From Chromera velia (Eukaryota): DNA of 59,142 nucleotides. Positions within the stretch are counted from its first letter, which is position 1, and the number at the start of each line of letters is the position of its first letter. The notes under the pieces are model-generated. The model worked only from the letters and a program-made list of their open reading frames with translations, was not told where the DNA came from and searched no databases. The translations under genes were made by a program, and so were the position numbers. This document shows, piece after piece, positions 1-13,100 of this stretch. The stretch lies in NCBI GenBank assembly GCA_018398765.1, contig JAHBMJ010000018.1, positions 1-59,142 on the forward strand. Direction: 5' to 3'.

Positions 1-227
1 ACGTACTGGCGGGAGGGGAAGGTTTGTCAAAGTCCATCCCCGCCATGAAAAGCCCCGCCAGATCGTGGCGACACCACTTTTGAACAACAATTTCTCATGA
101 ACTAGAAAGCATGAATGGCCCGCCAGAATAGAAATCGAATCTCTAACATATTCCATATCTATAACTTTTATGTAGCATAAGTCTAAACTATTATCCTAAC
201 TAGTTAGGAAGCCCGCCAAACTAGGGG
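1..227. mobile_element. Possible right end of a CMC/EnSpm-like non-autonomous DNA element, truncated by the window edge
   Basis: CCCGCCA recurs (~39, ~54, ~119, ~212, inverted TGGCGGG at ~7) and the block ends in TAGGGG followed by TA (222-229), like the termini of the elements at 254-573 and 35431-37539. The partner end is not visible. Confidence 0.35.
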
Positions 228-253
228 TACCTATAATGTTCATCCTAGTGCTA

Positions 254-573
254 CCCCCTAGAAAACATGGAAATCTATGGGAAATGTGCGGAAAATTTAT
301 GGGAAATCCTAGTGAAATCCAAGGGAAATCTAAGGGAAATTCAAGGAAAATTGATGGAAAATCTGACGTGGGAAATAAATGGAAAAAGGATGGGAAATTA
401 ATGGAAATCCTAGGGAAATCAGTGGGAAATCTGTGGAAAATTTTAACTTAGATTTGAAATTCTCATCAATTTTCTATGGATTTCCCTAAGATTTCCCTCC
501 AAGTCGGATTTCATAAGGATTTCCTAATTGTTTCCCACAGATTTCCGTACGATTTCCATATTTTTTTGTAGGG
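254..573. mobile_element. Foldback MITE, CMC/EnSpm-like (CCCTA...TAGGG) with GGAAATC subterminal repeats
   Basis: The left half has many GG(G)AAATC units at ~11-12 bp spacing and the right half has the inverted GATTTCC units. Left end CCCCCTAGAAAACATGGAAATC; reverse complement of right end CCCTACAAAAAAATATGGAAATC. TA flanks both sides (252-253, 574-575). The TIR resembles the En/Spm terminus CACTACAAGAAAA. Confidence 0.75.
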
Positions 574-2463
574 TAGTAGTGCTTTTAAGCATTGTTGCTA
601 TTTTATGACTTTTATCCCAATATAAAGGTTTACTTACGACTGACTTGATTATAAAGACCTATTTAAAAACTGATTGAAAAATATTTTTTAAAAATAAAGT
701 CTGGAGGGCAAAACAAAAAAATTAACAAAAAAAACCTTTAGAACTTTAGTGTCCAACCCTAGATTTCTGTGTTAGGGTTTACTTAGAGGGCTAAGCGGCG
801 CAGTAAGTGCCAATGAGTACTCTATAATAGTAGTGAATACCACTAGTAGTAGGGGTCTGGGCAGGGGTTCAAGCCTTTTAGTTAGGCTTCAACATTCTGA
901 ATTTATCGTTTACTTAATAATAATGGGCTGCTCTGGCGACCACATGTGACGTGCTCTAGCCAGACCTCAGTTAGCTCTTTTAAATATGAAGTAACAACAC
1001 TGCAGGTAGACATGTGTGTATCTTATTCTTCTCTTTCAACTTGCCTGCTGTGCTTTGCAGCAACTGTTACACAGTAGTCAGCACAAAGAGAATTGAATGT
1101 GTAGGGCTTTCACCTTGAGTACTGGACTCATCTGTCTTTCTCATCTTGCTAAACTGGTCCAAAGCGTCTTTATCTCTGGCTGGGCAGTCTCTCTCCCTTT
1201 CCCACACAGATGTATTGGTTTATATCGATCTCAAACGGTATCTAATGAATTGACATTGTTGGCTTCCCCTCCCCCTTCTTTTTCTTTCTGTTTACTGGTT
1301 TCAGTTCTATGAATATATGGCGGAGGCATGCGTACATCCACAGAAATTTGGGTAGAGCACGTCTTCTATACCTCGGTTGTATGTTTTCTGCGTGTTGTTT
1401 GATCGAGGGGATGTGTTTGCCAATAGGTTTGAGTCTAGGTTTGAGTCGTGCCCATATCACCATCTGCCTTAGGCAACAAGAAGTTTTTCTAATGCTTGCA
1501 TGTGCCCCGTACCTGGCTGCCCTCCTGCCCCTTCCTTGTTTGCAGTATGTTTGGAAGCTATCATATACAAGGCCTCGGGTTTAGCCTTAATCACTGCATC
1601 ACTATCATATATCATCATCAATGTCTGATTATGTGATTCACGCATGGTTCGCTAACTTGTGCAAAACATGAACAACACTTATCACTTGTGCTGTAAGTTA
1701 TGCAATACTTGAATATGCAACAGGTCTTTCATTGAAAAAGAAAAAAATTAAAAGATAAAAAGTAAAGGGTTTCGGGGGATTTTTTTTTCCAGCCGACGCC
1801 TAGGCCAGCGCTTAGTCTCCTCTAGTCTAATGTTTCAATATACTACTAATATCTTAAAAAATCAAAACCATTTTTAAAGTGTAAAATCTATAAAACATTT
1901 TTGCTAGAAGCTTGAACATGTGTCTGTTTTTAACTTTTTGGAGGGAAAAAAGTGATCTCATCCAGAATTCAAACTTGTTTGAATACACAGTAGTATATTA
2001 TGCCTTTAGTTCAAATGAATGTAATTTTGCATGATCAGGATTCCTATGATAATTTTCAGCTTTAGTTCCAGTTTTTGCCTTCTTTTACACTTTTCATTAG
2101 ATGGAAATGCATGTTGTTGACTTCCTGTATCAATTCACAAAATACGGTCCACAATTCTTGAACCGACATAAACTGAGGAATTCAATACGTGACGCCCTAC
2201 AGTTACCCACAGTGACAACTCGAAGGTGAAGGCTGACTGTGAAACGGCCATGTAGATACGAATTACTCGTCAATCGAGGTGGATGTTGCGGTGAAAAGAA
2301 GACTTGATCGTGTATATGAGCATGAAAGTTAGATCTTGGCTGTTTCCAGGCTGTACGTGCTGCGAAAACCCTCTGTAAGTTGCTCAGAGGGACCTTTTTG
2401 GCGCTTTTTGTTGTCCCGGATCCAGCCTTAGTCTGAGTTTACCGTTCCAATTTCAATTTGATT

Positions 2464-4015
2464 TCAGACCTCTGAAGGGTAGGGCTCCCTCCCCAGCTCC
2501 CTCATGCGGCCTTGGCCATAGGGTTGTTGGGAATATGCGTGGGAGCGAGAGTATGCGTCTGCCTCGTCACGGCCATCTCGAAAGCGCTGGTCTCTGTATC
2601 CGTATCCGGGCTCTTTCCCCTCCTCTCCCCATCTGTTCTCGTTCCGTCTATACGGTTTGTCTCTGTTTGAGTAGTCCCCAGGGGATGGCAGGGGACGCTC
2701 TCTCCTTGCAGTGTTCTCCCAATCCCTCTGTCTCTCTCTATCTCTCTGGGAGGCAGAAGGCGAGAAGGAAGAAGTCGACGAAAATCCGGAAGTGGTGATC
2801 AAGCGGCCACCGCCTGCACAAAAAAAAAGGAATCAGGAAGGAAAGAATCAACTTATTTTGTTTCACGGGGTCCGTGGTCTAATCCGGTTATGCAGGCATA
2901 CTGATTGCATCATAAAGCGAGGCCGCCCTACAAAAACTAAGTTGAAGAAAAGAGACGATCGACTGACCAGCAGCTGCAGTGGCAGGAAGGGGGGAAGGGA
3001 AGGGTCGCTGTTGCTCTCTTTCTCTTTCTCTTTCTGTTTCTCTTTCGGGCATCCCCCGTCCCCCCCTGTAGGAGTAGGAGAGTCCTTCTCGGTCTCTGTC
3101 TCTGTCTGATGCCCCTCTGTAGGCTTCCTCTGCTGTCCTGAGTCCGGATGGGTTCATCTGGAGGGGGGGCACTGTGGGGGGGTGGGAGAGGCCTATCTGG
3201 TATTGCTGCTGTTGGAGCTCCTGGGGGGGCTTCTGCTGCATGAGGTGGTGGAAACTGTCTGGATGCATCTGTTGCTGGTGGGTCGCCTCGTTGGTCTTCT
3301 GTATGGCCATCAGGGGAGCGTTCCCTCCTCCCCCCTTTTCCACATCGTCATCGTCATCTTTCTTCTTTGGCCGCTCAACAGGAACAGTGAGCGTAAGCGA
3401 TTTGGGGCCGAATCGCGTCTTGACTGTGAAGGGCTCTATCCCGGTCATTTCTCTCACAGCCAGGTCCCTCATTGCCTTTGCCCTGTAGTAACCAATGATG
3501 ATCATTGCAGTAAAGACAATTAGCATGAAGAGCTCAATGATTCTCTTTGCGTAGTCTGGAACAGCATCTTCGGGAGGAGGAGGGTCGGCCCTGTCGAAGG
3601 AAATGACGAAAATGGTGTCAATGATCCAGAGAACAGGAAGCAATGCAGCCATTGTTGTGGCCATCATATGGTTATTTGTGATCAGCGACTCTTTGTGGTA
3701 CTCTCTGATGAAGATCAGACGCTCCATGCCGTCTGTGTGTTTGAAGTAAGTAAGTACAAAGAGGGTAACCATGACTGTGTTCCCCAGCAGAAGAAAGAGG
3801 AGGTTCCGCATCGGATCGGCAAAGACAGAAGAAAAAGGAAGATCGAAGACCATTGTCAGCAGAAGGGCAGCGACAATGGCGTAGTTGTTCAGATTGGTCT
3901 CAAATTTCTCTGCCGCTTTGTCGACTGCCTCGTCTGATGCCTCGTCCCCGTCTATGTGTCCATCTCCTGAGGTGTCAACCAGACGGGAGAAGTACCAAAA
4001 GTCGTTGGTTGCCAT
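2464..4015 (-). CDS. Membrane protein (~465 aa) with an N-terminal EF-hand-like loop, ~4 TM helices and a Q/R/E-rich disordered tail; 2 exons (4015-2968, 2813-2464)
   Basis: ORF 2888-4015 contains DTSGDGHIDGDE (EF-hand loop pattern) and four hydrophobic stretches. A GTCAGT...TGCAG intron (2967-2814) joins it in frame to ORF 2464-2802. Confidence 0.75.
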
Positions 4016-4346
4016 GCTTTGATCGCTGGTTTTGGGGCTTGGGATACTTCAAAGTGGACTCAAGCGAAGACTCAAAGCTGCTTTTCGGTCAGCACCTCTT
4101 CAGCCTTCATTCATGCGAGTTTAACAAAGCGGCCCCTTGATCTGTGGCCACTCAAAGTGACTCTTGCATGAGTACTGATCAACTTGTTTGTGCAGTGTTT
4201 CTGTATAGCGTGCTTACATGAAGACGGGAGGCAACCGATTGTTTCTGGCCTGCGGATCAAAATCTAAGCAAGCATTGTTGAAGTGCCTTCTGGTGCGTCT
4301 TTGTGTGGCAGGAATACAGACTTGAGGCTCCATCTCCACTTCTGAT

Positions 4347-4460
4347 GCTTGCACGTATGCATGTGTGCGTGAATTCAATCGATCTTCTCTTGAATTTGCA
4401 TTCTCATGCATATACATGCATGCAGAATTCGTGAATGCATGCATTAATTCTCACGCGTGC
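4347..4460. promoter_or_regulatory. Cluster of TGCATG/TGCATGCA motifs upstream of the EF-hand membrane gene
   Basis: Several GCATGC/TGCATGCA copies lie 330-450 bp upstream of the ATG at 4015. TGCATGCA is a known ApiAP2-bound motif in apicomplexans. Confidence 0.45.
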
Positions 4461-5825
4461 TGGCTGCTGTATCGGTGTGCACGATCCGTGTGGAACCTGT
4501 TGGGGACGCAATTGTGCGGCTGCTTCCCTGCTCGCAGACTGGCAGCTAGGCTGGGGCACGAGACCACCGGTACGCTTCGGGCCGGGTGGATACCCAGTCA
4601 GTATGGAGCTACATATAGGGATAAAAACAGTTGCGCGAATGCATTCTCTTCTAGCATTAAGTGGAGCAATAACTAGAACTACTAAGAACTACAATAAAAA
4701 ATGTTTTTTTCATAATTAGACCACTAATATGATGAATATTGTTTTTTGGAAATTAATTGTATTGATGAAAAATTTGACTTAAATTCGTTTTATATGATTT
4801 ATCAAGATTTGTATTTGCTTTTGATCTGCTTTACAGCAAGAAAACAAGTTAATATAAGTCAAATTGGTAAATGAATATGTTTAAATTGATAACATGTTTA
4901 AGTGAATCTACTTTATATTCATTTTGATTATAAGTTATTAGAAGTTGTTTATTATTAAAATTTTTATCAAGTATTCAAACCTATTTAAACTAGTATCAGC
5001 CAGTTATTTTATGTGCCTATTTTTTGATATTTCTGTCTTGTAGAATCAAGTAAAAGATTGCACAAGCACGAGGGTTCTAGCTCTGTTTACTATAGGATGA
5101 TTCAACCCTTAAGTATTATTTTTTCTTTTTGCATTGGCGTGTTCTTGTCAGTAACGTGATCTCCTACACAGCCAAGCAAGCCCGTTTATTGTTTTTTCAT
5201 TAAATTGCTGGACATATCGGGGGACAGACAACAGGTATACCCCTCCTTATTCCGTCTGGCTTGATAAAGTTTTTCTTTCTTACCAAAGACTTACTCTTTC
5301 TTATCGATCTTACGGCATATGCCCTTTCCGCATGACCTGGCTCACCCTTCCAACCACCCGTCTTGAAGTTTCTCAAAGTCCACGCATGCTTTCCTTCTCT
5401 TGAAGGAAGTCGCGTGCATCCCCCAACAGATGCAAGTCGAAGAGAGGAATTCCCCACGCCCCAGACTCCTCCATGATTCTCCCTCCCTGTTTCTCACAAT
5501 TGTTTTCTGTACATTCCGCTTCCAGAAACCCAGCAAGCCATTGATTGTCATGCCTTCCTTACCCCTCCGTCCCTCTGTGTTTTTGATTTTCTGTCTGCCT
5601 GTCTGTATGTTGTTCTTTCCGGCTTCGCGGCAGTCCTGTACGAAAGTCGTTGAAGTGAATGTGTGTAGAGGACCAGAATGGGGATGATACTGCAAGAGAG
5701 AACTAAGGATACAGAAAAAGATCTAGAGGGAAAGAAAGTCACAAAGAAAGCAGACATGATGTATTGAGGTAAGAATGAATGGCTGAAAGTTTGAAGGACC
5801 CTTCTTCCCTTCCCCCTCCCCCCGA

Positions 5826-7281
5826 TCAGTATTTGAGTGCGAGGAACGCCGCCACGCCCGCCTTGATCCACACGTCTTCCACCTGGTCAGATGGAACGTC
5901 GATGTACATCACGAAGTTCGTTGAGTGACCTGAAGGAAGGAGAGAGGTAGAGGAGGAATGCAGGGGGCACACGGACGAATGCAGATGTGCAGCATAGCGA
6001 CTCAACAGCGACGTGAGCGCCAAGACAGGCACGCGGGTAGGCTGGCAGAGATATGCAAAAAGGTAGGGAGGGAGCACGGAAAACGGAGACGGCTTTTGAA
6101 TGAATGGAACGGTGCCAAAATCGATAGCAAAGAAAGCTGTGGTGGTTAGGTTCTGCTGCCTGTATTTTCATTCATCTGGAGCCCTGAAGGACAAACTACC
6201 CCATTCCGTAGAATCCCATTAATTCCTTCACTGTGCTCACCAACCTGTAGTAGAAAGAGTCCCGCTCCTTGTGAGGACCTTGTATAGGGGGCAGTTGTAG
6301 TTTTTGTCTTTCGGGGGCACTCTGTCGAGTTCAGGGATCAGCCAGACGACAGGCATCTCCTCATAGAGAACCTTTGGCATCGATACGCCCTGCACAAACA
6401 GATGCACCCAACAGAAGATGATCCAATCACTTGGTACGCACGGTGGAGAAAAGACAAGCAAAGATGGATCGCGAGATAGAGAACGACGAACACAACCACA
6501 CACGCATAAATGAAGTGTTTGCTGACTGACCAGCATGTGCGTCTTCTCACACCACCTCGCCCCCTCAATGTAGAACCCGAAGACGTAACAACCGTCGATG
6601 GGCTTCTCCTTGATGGCCTCCACGGTGAGTGTGTCCATGAAACGGAAGTCGAACGAGAGCTTGTCCACCGCGTACCTGCACAAGCAACGCCAAATTCCGC
6701 GAACGATTTATCACACGTGCATCTTACAACTCCTGTGGCATCCCTAATGTGTTCACGAGTTGCTTCTGAGTCTGTATTGAAAGGAAGATTGCATCAAACG
6801 AAACAGGTGCGGGAGGTAGAAGGAGAAAGTATGTGTCTGTTTTTTTTCGCAGCCTTCTTCCCGGTGAGTCTGCAAGAGATTTCGTTTAGCTCTACTTCCA
6901 CACCACATAGGCAATTTTGTTTTGTTTGTTTCTTCCTCAACCTGTGACCGACTTGTTCTTTCTTGCAAAGTTCTGTAGCGTTCCCGTAAGGAATGCTTGG
7001 GGAAAGAAGAGGCCGGACATCCAGAAGGCAGGGGGGGTGCCTCCCTCAATCCACTTATGAAGGAATTTGACCCTGTCGTTGAGGTCGTTGATCCATGACT
7101 TCAACGGCTTCAGAGAGAGGAACCCTTTCTTGCTCCAGTTAGTCGGCACGTGGTTGTCGAACATGGACTGTCCCATCTTCTCCAGGTCCTCGCTCATGAC
7201 CACCAAACCCTTCAGAGCCTTCTTGAATTCCTTCAAGCTGCTGTGCATCTCACCCAATAGACGGTTGTACCGAATCACCTC

Positions 7282-7317
<36 letters not shown>

Positions 7318-8793
7318 TCCAAGGGGAGGGAAATCATTCAGACAAACACAGGCGCGGTCTGGATACATGGAGGCAAGTCATGAGAGCAAGAAAGGGGCTG
7401 CCTCTCCATGTATGCAGGCAGCCGTTGCAAAAGGACTGTCCTTTCAGGGAGCAACGCAAGCCCAAATACTCACACACCACACTCGGAAAGCTCCCGTCCC
7501 ACCAACCCGCCCACCTGCACGAGCACGGTGTTGATGGACTCCTCATAAGATGTCGGGTACTTCTCTTGAATCTCAAAAAGGACGAAGAGCTTCGGCGTCT
7601 GCTCCTCCAGCATGTCCGCCATCTCGCTCATCACGTCTTCTCGGGATTTCCCTCCGGACCCTCCGCCTCCAGAGCCCATCGCGAGCATGCCGTCAAGCAA
7701 AAACTGCAAATGCAAACAAAAAGGATGCATCGGATTCTTACGCTGTGAGATGAGAACAGCGGATACGGATTCAACGGCGGATTTTGTCAACGATAAATGA
7801 ATTAAAGTAGACACACGAACAGATTGAAGGGAGTCTGTCAAGATACGAACAGCCAGAAAAAGACCACCGTGAGAACAGAAGGAGGAATACCAGCGACGGC
7901 AAAAATGATTTTGATATTCCATGCACCGAACATAGACCCCTCGACCCCCCCAACCGCACCAACGCACCGTGGCTTCATTCTGTGCGAAGGTGATGTTTGC
8001 GTTTTCATGCAGACCGAAGACCTCTGGCTGGGGCACGAGGGGCAGTTTCTTGATGTACTCGATGAATCCCTCCTTGTCCTCGGCCTCCGGACAGAAGTAG
8101 CTGCCGGACTCGGAGAATTTGTACCCGCTTCCCTGCACGTACAGTCACGGATAGAGGCGGGTGAATGGAGAGACGGATCGAGACAGAGGGACTCAAAATT
8201 CCATGCACGAGCAAATGGACTCATGCGCATTGTGTCCATCCTTGTCCAGGCAGAAAATTGTGCATTTTTCCGACCGATCACAAAGGCATGTCGGCCTGAC
8301 CTGCTCCACAAGGGTGGGGTTCATGTAGGTCTTCAAGATGTATTGGATCAGTCTCTTGTCCTTGTCGTCCGTCACACGCCCACCGTAGTTGATCTGTGCA
8401 CCGATGTAGTTCAGCACCTGCACCAAATTAAAAAGCAGCAAGAGATTACACAGTCAGAGCCCGTAGGAACTCACAAATAGGTGATTTACCCTTTCCAATC
8501 AAGCGAAGAGAAAAAGGGAGAGGCAGTAAATCAAGTAAACGGAGCCTGAAAAAGTGCTATGTAAAACTACGAATTTTCAAACTGCAGAGGACAAACTTGC
8601 GAGGCGCCTGCCGATGTGAACAGCTGGGCAGGAATGCGGACGGACTTTGTAAGGAATGTAGTCGTAGTTGTCGAGGAAAAGCTTCAGCTGTCTCTGCGAC
8701 ACGATCAGATCCTCCTTTGCAAACTCGTAGGCAATGTTCCATCCTGAAAAAACAGGAGGAGAGAAAAAGGCAAACGTCAGACTTCAGAAAGAG

Positions 8794-8831
<38 letters not shown>

Positions 8832-10167
8832 AGAGAAAGAGAAAGAGAAAGAGAGAATTAGAATTGGGAAGAGCACATGTCCAATTCGCTGAAAGCTCCA
8901 CCTGTCTCCTCGCTGCCTGTGAAGCAGACAGCTCAGAGGTGTTCCTATCTCTAGCTAACAAATAATCCTTGCATCTCTTTTCTCTAGCCATGAGACTCGT
9001 GCCGATAGGTGTGTTCTGCTAGCCATCTGCTTACCAATGGGTCCATACTTCCTTCTGTCCTGCACGATGGCGTGGAAGAAGCAGAATCCGAAGAGGAGTC
9101 TCGTGTATGCCTCCGGCTGGCTGCAATCTGTGATCTGTTTGTCGTTCATCTGCTCGTACGACCTTCCCAGGTTCGCCCTGAGTCCCTTCGGAGGTTCGTT
9201 GGTCATCTTCACACCGTTCTGGAGGACCGCCACAGGGAAGGTCTTCGCAGGCATCGACGTCAACCAGAGACGGAAGTCGCGGTGGACCTGCAGGCGCAAA
9301 CACACGGTGCAAGAATTAAGGGGCGGGCCACACAGGGAGGAGTGGACGACCAGAAACAGAGTTGCGATTTTGGAAGCAAAAGACAGGAAGGACCTTTTTG
9401 CAGCTGGAGGAAGGCCGGTGAGGCTAGAAGAAAGTAACAGAAGCGCAAGAAAGACGCAAATCCAAGCAAACACCCGGGAAAGGGAAGGCAGGAGACATGT
9501 ATACAGACCTACCTGCTCAGGAGAGAGCGACTCGACGATTCTTTCCAGTTCTGTCATCCAAGACGCCGCCAAGTGACAGTTCTGCAAAAGAACCCAGGCT
9601 CCTCTGGAGCACCCGTCCTCAATCATCCTCTGTGCCTTCTTTCCCTGACCCTGTCCGAGGGAGATGGACGTCAGCTTGTCGTTCTTTGCCATATTCATCT
9701 CCTCAGCAAACGCCTGGATATCGCTAACAGGATCGGAACCTGACGAGAGAATGAGGATCAGAGGTGTCAAGTTGGTGCTGTCTTTGTAGGATTTGGCCAG
9801 ATCAAAACTTGGAGGGTCCACGAATCTCTCTCCGACGGTGTCGATGACGAACTGGATGATTCCCTCCACGAGTCTGTCCATTCGAATTGTTCGGAGGAAG
9901 CACAGCCGTTGCAGTCCCTTCAGCTTTCCCTCCCATTCCCCAGGGAAGGGTTCCTTGTGGGCCTCCACGGCGTCGAAGATCCTCCTGAAGTCCTGACTGT
10001 GGGAGATCACGTAGTCGTCTAGACCTCTGAAGGCAGGCAGAGAGGACAGCAGAACCATTTCTCCCCACTCCCTTGCTGTCAGCCACTCGGTCGGATTCGG
10101 TTTGTCCGGGGGGGGCTCGAGGACCGTCCCTGTGTTGAGGAAACGGAACTCCGCTGGGTCTACCTGC

Positions 10168-10198
<31 letters not shown>

Positions 10199-13100
10199 GA
10201 TGCAGGACACAAAAAGGGGGCAGTCGGGTGAGGGGAGCACGCTTGCAGCCCACATGAGAATTGGAGTTAGTGCGAAGATTCAGCCGTTCAGATTCATAAG
10301 TGTTGAGAAAAGGCAGGGAGGGGGGAAAACTAGGAGAGACCGGTTTGGAGGTTGAGTCATGCATTTTGCGTGGTCGAGAAATAAAGCACCCGCAAAACTT
10401 ATCGTTCGAAGCGTGAATATGTTCATGTTGCGGTCTTTGGGAGAAAGAAGGAGAACCTTGAGACCCCTTTTCTTGATGTGGGCATCGAAAGAGACGGACA
10501 AGACTTTGGAGAGAGGGTCACAGACTGACTGACTGACCTTATTCTGTCCCATGAGCATTCTGATCGTCAGCGCGAAGGAGAAGAGCGTCTTGTGCTTCTC
10601 AAACAGGGACCTGAACGAAGGCAAAGAAAGGCACAGAAAGGAGACTCGTTTTAGTGAAAGAGGTCGTAAATCGAGGTAAAGGAAAGATAATCTTCCTTCC
10701 TTCTTTCGACGGCAAACCACAATGATGCTCAGACTGTGTTGGAAAGGTGAAATAGGACATCTATTTGCTTGTGCTCCTTTATGCCTGAGTGCGACGGCTC
10801 TTCCTCTTTACTGTAGTTCCCACAAGTCTACCTACCTGCAGACGTTCTCGTAGAGAAGGTACGTGAAATGATCTGAGAGGTTTTGCAGTCTCTCCTCTCT
10901 CTCTGCAGAGGGAGCCGCCTGATCGATACCCATGGAAAACAGGTTCTGGTACCACTGGAGAGAGTACTGATACATCGGGTCCAGGTTACAGAGCTCGATG
11001 ATGCAGAAGAAGAGGATCGCAGCTCGGAAGGCAACGGGACGGTAGGATTCTCTGCAATCAATACAAAGCCGCAAAAAGATCACTTGCGGTACAAAGAGAG
11101 AAGACAAACAAGGACAGCTGGTCGAAAGAAATAGACAGCGAAATGTACGCAAGAATCAGCGCATACAGAAAGTCATCAGATGGACTTATCCATTTTCCCA
11201 GACCAGAGAATGCTTGCCTACCTGACCGACTGGATGACTGACCGTGCCGTATCAATTTCCTTCTCCGTAATCTCCGCCTCTCGCACCTTCTCGTTGATCT
11301 CAATGGAGGTCTTTTTGGAAGCAGACAACGTGTTGATCAGCGTCTCGTCTTCCAAGATGTCTCCCTCTGCCTGGGAGAGGAGACGGAGAATCGTGTCCTC
11401 GAGGTCCTTCAAGTCGGCCTTCATCTTCGCGTTACTCTGCACCAGCGCGTTCTTCTTCTCCTCAAGGTCGGGGGCCTCCTTTGCCACCACCAGACCCAGC
11501 ATCTGGTCCTCTAGGCCTTGCGCAGTGATGGCAAAGTTCAGGAGGGTGACCTTCACCTGGATCTCTGGGGCGTAGTGGGGATTTGAGTAGGTCGTTGTCA
11601 TGAAGAACCTGAAGGAAAACAAGACAGGGAGACAAAAACCGGCTGACGTGAACATATGAAGGCAGAAGGTCAACCAGACTTTTAGTGAAAACGAAAAAAT
11701 CAACGGTAGTCCTCACACGGATGGGCTGGGATTTTGGAGGTCTTTGCCAGTGCACAGGAAAGAAAAATTTGCCTTTCTCATTCTCCTTTTGATCAAAGTA
11801 GGGATGCCCTGCTGACCTGAATGTGTCCGAGTAGGAGATGTTCTTGTCTCCCAATCTGATCACCCATGAGCCTCCGTCCTTGATTTTCTGTTGCAGGAGA
11901 ATGGGGTCAAGAGAGGGATCGAGGACCTCCCCGATGTTCTCCAAGAGGATCCATCGACCAAATTGAATCCCCAGTTCCAATTGCTTCATGTACCCAGGGT
12001 CTGAGAGTTTGATCACCTCTATTCCCTCAGGACTCATCTTCTTCCCAAGCTCCTTGATGTACCTGTTGGCCTGGTTCTGAGGATCGATCATCAGAGGCCA
12101 TCTGCGTGGAACAAAAAAGGAAAAAAGAAGGTTGACAGAGATAGGAGGCTTAATGTGCTCACTCACGCTTATTCCTCTCTTTTGGAGTCTAGTGCATGAA
12201 AAAAAGCGAGGTACAAAAAAAACAAGGTGATGCAGAGAGAAAAGCGTAAGATATGGAAATTCATCCCAACAGTGCGACAAACCAACCTTCGTGCCTTGTC
12301 GACCACAATACCGTTCTCGACTGAAAGGTTGTCTGAGGGGAGGCCGCACACGTTCCATTGTCGGATCTTCACAGGCTCTCCGAGGAACTTCAGCATCGTC
12401 ACCCCCTCAGAGTGGGGAATCTCCAGCCTCACCAGCTCTTCCCTCCAACTATCCTCCATGTCTGATCGGTAGGACGCAATGAAAGGACCTGCACAGACAG
12501 GGAAGAAAGAGTTGAAAGTGACCATTTCCTCTCTCTCATGTATGCGGAGAATTCAGCAAAAAGGGCGGCGAGAAGGATCCTGGGTGGATGCCTGACGTTG
12601 TTTCACCTAGGCGACAAGACGAGAAACAAAACAAATATCTTTCCAACACCCTTTTCCACTGACCAGCGTACGCGACCATTCCTGCAGAGACCAGTGAGTT
12701 CCCTGGGATGAGGACCATATCCTCCCCCAGTTCTTTGACCATCTGCGTCCATCTGGTCTTTTCTCCTCCGAGTCCTCCGATGAGCTTCTCTGCTCTGACG
12801 AGTTTGACCTGACAGTCCTCGATCTCTTTCGTGAGGTCGTCCTTCTTCTTGATCGAAGAGTTGTAGTCCGCCTCCAATTTCTCCAACTTGTCCACCACCG
12901 CCTGCAGTTTCGCCTTTGCGGCGTTCAACTTCTGCATCGTCACCTCGAGCTCCCCCTCGGCAATCTTCAGGGCTTGGCGCTTGGGCTCCACTTCCTGCGC
13001 AGACACACACAAAGACGCACATTTGGAAAGACATGAATTAAGGCACGTACATGAAGGGATGCAAAGACCAAAAGCCGAAAATGAGCGCCCGGCCATGGAG

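Noticed and set aside
236..451. 71-aa ORF with repeated GK/GN motifs
   Set aside because: It is a translation of the GGAAATC repeat array of the MITE, not a gene.
254..573. Possible CRISPR-like array
   Set aside because: Units are 11-12 bp with no unique spacers, they flip orientation midway, and the context is eukaryotic.
771..782. TTAGGGTTTA telomere-like word
   Set aside because: Single unit with no tandem array.
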